A stretch of 59,578 nt of DNA, the filler included. It is 5 parts of 5 records of this genome, joined end to end, with 100 filler letters (N's around TTAATTAATTAA, not from the genome) between each part and the next. Parts side by side here need not be neighbours in the genome. Positions count along the whole stretch, not along the records: positions 51,468 to 59,578 come from SRR31147125_11009; 4 more parts are not named here. The stretch is one strand, 5' to 3'. Positions 51,995 to 59,578 of this stretch are shown here, in pieces. Every line of letters begins with the position of its first letter. Positions within the stretch are counted from its first letter, which is position 1. Position numbers and translations under genes: made by a program. The notes under the pieces are model-generated. The model had not been told where the DNA came from. It saw nothing but the letters and a program-made list of their open reading frames with translations, and searched no databases.

Positions 51995-54900
51995 ATGTCG
52001 TGGATCGTCACTCTTGCACTGATCCTCATCGTGTTCCCAGTCCAGGGGACAGAGGAGGAACCCTCCCATGCATGGGAGAAGTGGGGTCGTGTGGGGGGAG
52101 AGTCTCCTGGACCGTTGAGTGGAGCCACGATGGTGGCGTTCGAAGGAAACCTTGTCATGTTTGGCGGATTGACACGCACGTACGTAAGGGCTGTTGGGTG
52201 GTGGGTGGGTTGCCGTCTCTTCATTCACACACACACACACCCATCCTCTTGCAAAAGGGGAGGCGCGAGCAACACAATCTATGTTCTTGATTCAAGTGCG
52301 CGGATCTCGTCTGGTTGTATCGCACCTACATGACAGACACGACAACAGGTGGACAACCCACGTGGAACGTTTGGACACCACACGCCGGAGAACCTCCCAG
52401 TCCACGATACGGACACTGCGCTGCTGTTGTGCACAATGACACAGAGGATTGGATGGTTGTATTTGGAGGCTACTCCACAGACGAGGCGGCGATCGTCCGG
52501 GACGTGTACGCGTTCAACCTCCGCACCTACGTGTGGATGGAGTGGCCTGTCACCAATCCAAGGCGCAATCCGCTGTTTGGGATGGCATGTGTGTATCGAG
52601 AGGGATACTTCTATGCGTTTGGAGGGGCCAAAGACATGGAGGGACGCCCGGCCTACGAACACGATCCGTATGGGGGAACGGAGTACGTACGCTTTTCCCC
52701 TGTCGATCTTTGCTGGGAGGGCATGAGTCTGGGAGGTGGAGGACGTATGCCTCCCGCCGATGCCTTTGGTATGGGATCGGCCCTGATCGCGGAGAGTTTA
52801 TGGGTAACGTTTGGAGGAGGATACCGAAGTATTACGGCATATGGCAGCAGAACGATTTATCATGGAGATCTTTGTGTCGCTGTGGACTGGAATGGCGGGT
52901 GGCCGAGTCCGAGTGGATTCGTCTGCCAGAATCTCTTCTCCCCAGACACCTACCCCAGACCAGAAAGAATCTTTCCTGCAATGATTGCTACAGACCGTTC
53001 ATTCGGTTCGTGCAAAGGATTGACATGGGATGACGGAGAATGCTACCTCATTATGTACGGTGGAGTGACGGGCAACGATGGAGATGAGCCTCTAGGGGAT
53101 CTGTGGGTGTACAACTTTCGGACCAACGAATTCACCCAATGGAATACAACGGGAGGGGACGCGATGCCTCCACGGGCCCAGGCGGCTGTAGGGCAAACAC
53201 CTGATGGCCATTTCATTGTCACAGGAGGAGGAAGGGGATTGTTGGGAAAACCAGACGATATTGTCAGCGAAGATGTCTGGGCCGTGCAGCTGGCCGATCT
53301 GGTTGACCCACTACAAAGCACTATTGAATGTGGAGAGGCCCAGGAAGCCGGATCCCCTGTTACGTGTCGCATTCTGGCAAAGGACAGTCGCTACCGACCC
53401 ACAGGAAGCCCTGTGTATGCAGGCCGCTTTCTTGTGGTGGTAACGATGGGGGAGCAGGAGGTCAAGCCCGTTGTCATGTACGTCGGCGGATCCGCCCGGG
53501 AGTTTTCCTTTCTCTTTCAAGCCACAACAGAGGCAAACACGACAGCACTTGTTGCCGCCTCTTTTGACCACGTACCCCTGAAGAATTCTCCCGTGACAGT
53601 CGACTTGCGGCCCGCGATGGTTGATCCCTCACACTGCGTCGCATCGTGTCCCAGGGACCAAATCCTTGAAGGACTCTCCATGGTATGTACTATCGAAGGA
53701 CGAGATCGCTATGGCAATCCGTCAGGTCTTGCAGACGAGGCTCCGAAATTCCTCGTTTCGACTCGGGCGCCCTGCAAAGAGCTTCACACCATCAATGTTG
53801 GATTTGATTCCTTTTCAACATTCTCCTTCACCCTCGTTGGAGCCCCACTCGGCTATTTGGAAGTTAGAGCCACGTACAATCAGTTGCCCGTGGGGAACAC
53901 ACCCTTTGGCGTCCGCGTGGTATCGAGTGGGTGTCCCGTGTTTGAACAAGCCGGCGAGAACGAAACGTGCGTTTGTAATCCGGGGTATTTTCGTGAAGGA
54001 GACGGGTGTCGTCCCTGTGATGTCGGATTTGGTAAGACCGAACCCGGAGATCATCCGTGCATATGCTCTGCAGGCTTCTACAATCGCAGTCTTGTCCAGA
54101 GTGAACTCTCATGCGTGCAAAGTTACATCGCCTATGACCACGGACAATCGTATGGGTACGCGACGTTGGTCAGGAGAGTGTTCTCGTCTCACAGTATACA
54201 CAGACACATTGTACTACCAAAGGAATGTCAACAGGTACTGCTTGTGGGTGTCGAGTATCGCGTGACACAGCATACAGTGTCCGCCTTGTGTTGATTGTGA
54301 AGAACCTCAGCGGGACAGTATTCCTCCCCCTATTGAGGTTTGTGAGATGCAGCGGTTCCTGTTCCTTCTTACGCAATGGACCCTTCTCAAGGGATACTGG
54401 CTGGGAACATTGGGATCGTCACAAGTGTATGCGTGCCCTGTGAAAGAATCATGTGTGGGAAAGGGGCAGCGAAAGTGTCGGAGTGGATACACCGGGCCCA
54501 TGGTGCGTCAGCAGAAATGTACAATACCACACTTACGTGCACCAGTGTGCCGTTTGTGATACGGGATATGCGGGATCGGGCCTTGTGTGCACACAGTGTG
54601 GAGACGAGATTGTCGGTTGGATCTTCACGGTAGCTGTTCTGTTGGTCGCCCTTGCAATTCTGTGCTATTTTGTGTGGACGTCAAAGGAATTTCGATCTCC
54701 ACGAAGTATCATGATGAAGATTCTTCTCAACTACTTGCAAACGATGGCCCTCTCAGGGGGTGGGTCCCGCTGTCGTTGATGATTGATTGGTCCTCTCCCA
54801 CGCATGATCAATCCACCAGGATTTCAAACCCATGTGAGCTCGGCTATGCACGCGCTCAATATGGTGGTGGGCATTTCTTCTTCGTCTTCTGAGGCAATCA

Positions 54901-56035
54901 GCTACTCGTGCGTCCTTCCCCGTCTCGATCACAATCAAAGATTGCTGCTCTACCTTATTCTACTCATTGTTGCGGCGGTCCTTCCGGGAGTTGTACTGTG
55001 GGCCATTCAGAAGATACGCCCCGTGCTACGAACGGGTTCCGACCTAGTGAACTACGAGGAATTGAAATGGACCGGTCTGTGGGATGTGTATCGCACAGGG
55101 AGATGGGTCCTTGTCTTTCTTCTGTATCCTCTCATAAGCGTGATGATTTTGGAGACACTTCAGCCTTGCGAAAGCATCGACGGTGTATCGTACATGACAG
55201 CTGACAGGTGCGAGCGCGTCACCATCTCACCATCTCACACATTCCCCGTACGATCAGAACTGTTGAGTGTAGTGGGGCTGAGTTCACTGCGTATCTCGTT
55301 CTCGCGTGGCTCTTCTTCATCGTCTTCGTTCTTGGTGTCCCTGTGTTGGTTTTCTACATGCTTCGCGCCCGCAAAAATGACCTAGACGACCCTCACGTCA
55401 TCAAACGCCTTTCATTCTTGTACTCGGGGTATCACAAGGGAATGTATGGTTGGGAGTTCATCATTATGGCAAGGAAACTAGGAATTGCCATGCTTGTTGC
55501 CTTTTCCGTCTCTCATCCTGTTCTTCAATCCAACCTTGGCGTCTTGTGGCTTGCCGGAGGTGCGTTCGTAGTGGTCGGGTGGTGGTCGGGCTCGCACTGA
55601 CTGACACACAATAAACAGCACTGGTTATACAACTCTACTTTCAACCATTCGAGATGCTCCTTCTCAACAGGCTGGAAGAGGGATCATTGACAGTGTGTGC
55701 AACCAACGTCCTCCTCGCTCAATTCTACAATCCACAACTCTCGACCAGTGCCGGGCGCATCCTTCTAACAGTGATCCTGTTCATGTTAAACAGTAGCTTT
55801 GTGTACGTGCATTCTTCTGCTCCCCTCTCTCACACACTCACACACCAACAGAATCGTGATGGCGCACTTTCTATGGAGGACGGTCGCCGCCGATATGGTG
55901 AAACTCAAAGACAAGGTACGAAACTGGCGAGGGATGCAAGAGGAAGTACAAGTGGCACCAATGGTAGAGGAGGGGGAGGAGGAGAAACAACGAAATCCCG
56001 CGATGGTATCTCTTCTTCATTCAAACGAGAAGTAG
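51995..56035 (+). CDS. Eukaryotic 11-exon gene: signal peptide, Kelch propeller, filamin/Ig-like repeats, Cys-rich stalk, multi-pass TM region
   Basis: Frame-restoring GT-AG introns at 52180-52257, 52296-52336, 54156-54203, 54235-54277, 54338-54391, 54503-54545, 54760-54819, 55208-55257, 55560-55618 and 55803-55851. Kelch VFGG/PRYGH motifs, DRYGNP, C..GY.GPMC..C..GY, KILLNYLQ and Y....YGWE. Confidence 0.8.
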
Positions 56036-56047
56036 AAATACAACAGT

Positions 56048-59000
56048 TCAATTGTCCTCGGGCACCTGAGCATTCGCATCCGCATTGGCATCGGCGTCGG
56101 CATTGGCATCGGCTTCCACGCCCACCACATCCACGCCCCCGTTGGATGCATCCACAACCTTTGTGTAGATAACATTTTCCAAAGGTGCGTAGTTGAGTCC
56201 GTCCTGGGGTGGATTCGGACCGATGAGACTCAGGATGACGGGAAGCAAAATGAGTCCATGTGCTCCTCCCAGCAGGCAAATGGCGAGGTACATGCGGAAG
56301 TAGTAGATGTCGAAAACGGCCGATTGAGCAAAGGCCAGAACAATCACGCCCACGAACTTCGTGAGGAAGATTCCAGCGAAAACGGAGGAACCCATGTCGG
56401 TCAATGCATAAATGGCACGGCTTTCTCTGGTTCCTGGACTGACTGTGAACTTGCGAGCAACGTGCACACAGAACTCCACCGCAATTCCCACGGCCATCAC
56501 CATGTTCACAACGGACAGCGCATTCAAATTAATACTCCTGCATGGGAAGAAAGACATTATGCAATGGTGTTGGTGTCACGGAACTGCCGTGTGCAGACGC
56601 ACCAGAGGTACATCACACCCAACAAGTCTATTTCAATCATTGCCACCACAAGAACAATAATAAGCGATGTCCAGATGTTGCCCAGGATGAGAAGTGTCAC
56701 TACAAAAATTGCAGCTACAGGAAACGTCATCACAGAGGAGGAGCTGTCGGAATCACGTACCAACAGCACATCCCAAGGCTAGGGTGGCTGTCTCATCGAT
56801 CGTGAGGTACTGCTCAAAGTAAATGTAGAAAATGGAATAGGGGAAGATTTCCAAGCCGGTTTCGTCGTGAACTTGGGCCGAGATTTCACGAGCGGAGCGC
56901 AGCTTGTCAATATAGTCCTTTTGATCCTTGAGGACGGTATGGAAGAACCGGAATCGGGAGAGAACATAGCCATCGTCTTGAATCTTCACGTCGGATGTGT
57001 AGGGAAGTCCACAGACGGGGCACGTGCTCGAACACTGGGAGTCCATGAAGATGGGAAGGCATTTCTTGAACGTCTCGGGAGTGGGACGACCCATCTCGTC
57101 GAAGTCGGGATCACAGTGCTCGTCTGTAGCTACACCCATGGGGTTGATGCATGTGTCTACAGTCACCCAGATCAAGAAGTCGTCTAGCCAGGAGGAGAGG
57201 GCCGTAGCAACGCCGGAGCGTTCGGGAACCAGATACCACTCGGTCAACGTGTTCATCAGCGAATCTGGGCTACAACTCCCAGGTTCCTTGACAAGGCCAC
57301 AGATCTTGTTCTGGTTCACGACTTGGGCTGTGCAAGGATGTTACAACACGGGCAACAAGGGGGAAAGGGAGGGGAAGGCCGTACAGAAATTGGCTGCTTT
57401 CACGACAAAGTAGGCCATAGGTCCCGTGTCCAGATATTCATTCAACTCGTCAAAGTACTGCGTTTTGGGTGAGATTGTCGTGTACGGACCAACCTCGACG
57501 ACACACGCAGCACCGTAATCAAGGGGGATCCACGTGGAAGAGCAGTCCTCTGATCAAGCCCCACACCAACGTGGGTGGACAGACCCAGACATCCGAAGAA
57601 GATTCCAGCAAACAGAACGACCTACCAACCACAAGGTCGGGACAAGGAAAGGAAAGGAAAGGAGGCACACGAACGCACCACCAGGATGCGCGACCATTTC
57701 TTCATGAGCCACGGTCCATAAAAGACTCGAAACGCTCTGCGGAGAATCCCTTCTTCCGAACGAAGAAACTCCTTGCCCCTTTGCGCAATGGGGAAGCACG
57801 GCAGACAATCCATACGATTTCCCTGGTACAAAGCACATCAGGGACAATCTAGGAAGGTTTGAGGTTTGGGGAAGAAACGCACGGCACATCTCCTGGCATC
57901 CAAAGTGAGAATGGCCACAAAAAGAGTGATTTGAAGAAGAAAGTCGAAGAGAACGGCAAAGGCCGCATACATAGCAAAGGCACGGACGGCCGGCATTCCC
58001 GTAATCCATCCCAGCATGAAGGCAAACGTCTCCGCCATGGAAGCCAAGGCAATTGACGTTCCTACCTCGGATAGAGTTTGCCCCATACGTTCCTCCAGAG
58101 AAATTGTCGAGTCCGTTCTTTCGAAATGGTTAACAATGATGAAGATGTTGTCCACACCAATGGCCAACACAAGGAACGGGATCACCTCGCTAATGATGAG
58201 AGTGGCCTTGATCCCAATGGCGGAACAGAGTCCCGCGGACATCAACAATGCAAAAACAACCACGAAGATCCCGGCAAGCCCAAGACCGAATTTCGTTCGT
58301 ACGAGCAAATGGGAGAGTTCCCTCTGATCACACTTGAACGCTCGCATAATATCGGCATACTTGCCCAGGGCAATGGAGATGTAGACGAACATGATGATGT
58401 AGGAGATGACAATTGTAGGAACGTCCGTTGTACTCTCACTCGCAAGTTCATCTTCCACGGACCGCTGCAATTGTATTCGTCGAAAAATAGAATGGAAAAA
58501 AGGGTGGGGACGTACCTCCGCAGAGAAGGCAATGTTCAGCAGGGGATCCTCTCGTGAGGCAATCGCTGAAAACCGCTTTTCCCATATCTCGGCACGGTCC
58601 TTGTCCTGTTCTCGATTGTTCAGAAGGTATGTGACCAAAAGGGCACGGGATGTACTGAAATTGTCGTTCGAAAAACCACCCAGAACCACCTAACCACATC
58701 CAAGGTGAGTCCACAATCTCCTCCCCAACACCAAGGAACCTTGGGGTCCTGAGGTGCTCCTATCGAGTTACGGCAACAGAGATCCACCTACAAACACGAG
58801 GGCGAAGTGAGCAAGGAGCGAGGCAGGCAGCACGAAACACGAACTTGATTGCTCGAACACGCCACAACGTGATCCACAATATCATTATCCCCAATCGCTT
58901 CATAGCTTTGATAGGGTTGCGGTGTGAAGCATTGATCTCCATTCCACGACACGTTGTAGGCATCATCCAACCAGAAGTACCCCAAAACAGTCTCCACGAG

Positions 59001-59578
59001 GCAACCATGCTCCTCTCCCATGGGTTTGTAGCAAAGGTCGTTTAAGGAAAAGTTTCCATGTTCGTCTTCTATCTTGAGATCTTGGATTTCGGCTTGGAGA
59101 TCACGGACATGGTCTAAGATTCTGTGATTGAGCATGGGACCACCGTCCTTGGCCTGGAACGAAAGGTCGGTCAAAGAACGAAGGGGAACTGCTCTTTCTC
59201 ACGTACTGTAATAATCAGTTGGTTGATGCGATAGTAGGGATCAAAGTGCGTGTCGAAGAAATCCTTCTCCCTTGTTACACGCGAGCCCGGAGCCGACCAC
59301 AACTTCGCGGGCTCCTCTTCCACTTCCATACGGATGAGGCCGACGGAAATAGCACCAACCAGCAGTACGCATACAGCAATCACGTACAAGGGGTGCCGCG
59401 CCACAAAAACTGCCAAATGATAGAAGGCGCGCTTCAACAGCACTTCTACCTTCTGAATTCCTTTGACATTCGCGACCAGAGGAAGTTTAGATTGGCTTGG
59501 CAAAGGCACCGGTACAGCCTCATCGCCGGGAAGGGCCTCATAGGGGGGGTCGGGGGCCGTTTCGTCCTCTCCCCGCAA
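56048..59578 (-). CDS. NPC1: Niemann-Pick C1 sterol transporter (RND/SSD), 5'-truncated, 10 introns in view
   Basis: P.KLWS.PGSR...[76 protein letters not shown] and [12 protein letters not shown]. Introns at 59154-59206, 58788-58844, 58690-58739, 58465-58515, 57823-57882, 57622-57678, 57458-57513, 57328-57384, 56715-56760 and 56538-56602. Confidence 0.95.
56070..56113 (-). repeat. Coding 6-nt tandem repeat ([15 protein letters not shown]) in the NPC1 tail
   Basis: GCCGAT/GCCAAT units on the minus strand. Confidence 0.8.

Noticed and set aside
52226-52240. (CA)n microsatellite
   Set aside because: Short and inside an intron; unremarkable.
51468-59578. Horizontal transfer of NPC1/Kelch genes into a bacterium
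   Set aside because: The genes have spliceosomal introns and lie on a separate contig.
1-59578. tRNA, rRNA or transposase genes
   Set aside because: None recognised by eye; a covariance-model scan would be needed to exclude small RNAs in the intergenic regions.

Overview
This window is not one locus. It is five unrelated contigs joined by 100-bp artificial spacers (44 N + TTAATTAATTAA + 44 N), so no linkage can be inferred across spacers. (1) 1-24306, bacterial: HEAT-repeat and TolC genes, then a pectin/rhamnogalacturonan-II-type degradation cluster (DUF5060 hydrolase, two PL1-like lyases, cupin, aldo/keto reductase, DUF1593, GH127, GH140, NCS1-like permease, GH78) containing several deletion scars. 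This is followed by an orphan HigA-like HTH gene with its operator, two unknown envelope proteins and a LOV-PP2C photoreceptor phosphatase. (2) 24407-35352, bacterial: a type I restriction-modification module (Xis-like HTH, hsdM, AlbA/ATPase cassette, hsdS, hsdR) between a hydrogenase maturation protease gene and hypE. The cassette is bracketed by a 137-bp direct repeat of the hsdM 3' end. (3) 35453-44031: surface polysaccharide genes plus a TonB-dependent receptor. (4) 44132-51367: PorV, a T9SS-tagged M6-like pseudo-peptidase, a gluzincin/beta-propeller/beta-barrel protein and a hypothetical gene. (5) 51468-59578: a very compact eukaryote with 41-78-nt introns whose donor consensus is GTNCGT, encoding a Kelch/filamin/Cys-rich multi-pass membrane protein and NPC1. 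Many bacterial genes in contigs 1-3 are split by single-base indels, mostly in homopolymers and most likely sequencing errors. All family assignments come from recognising motifs by eye; no database searches were run.
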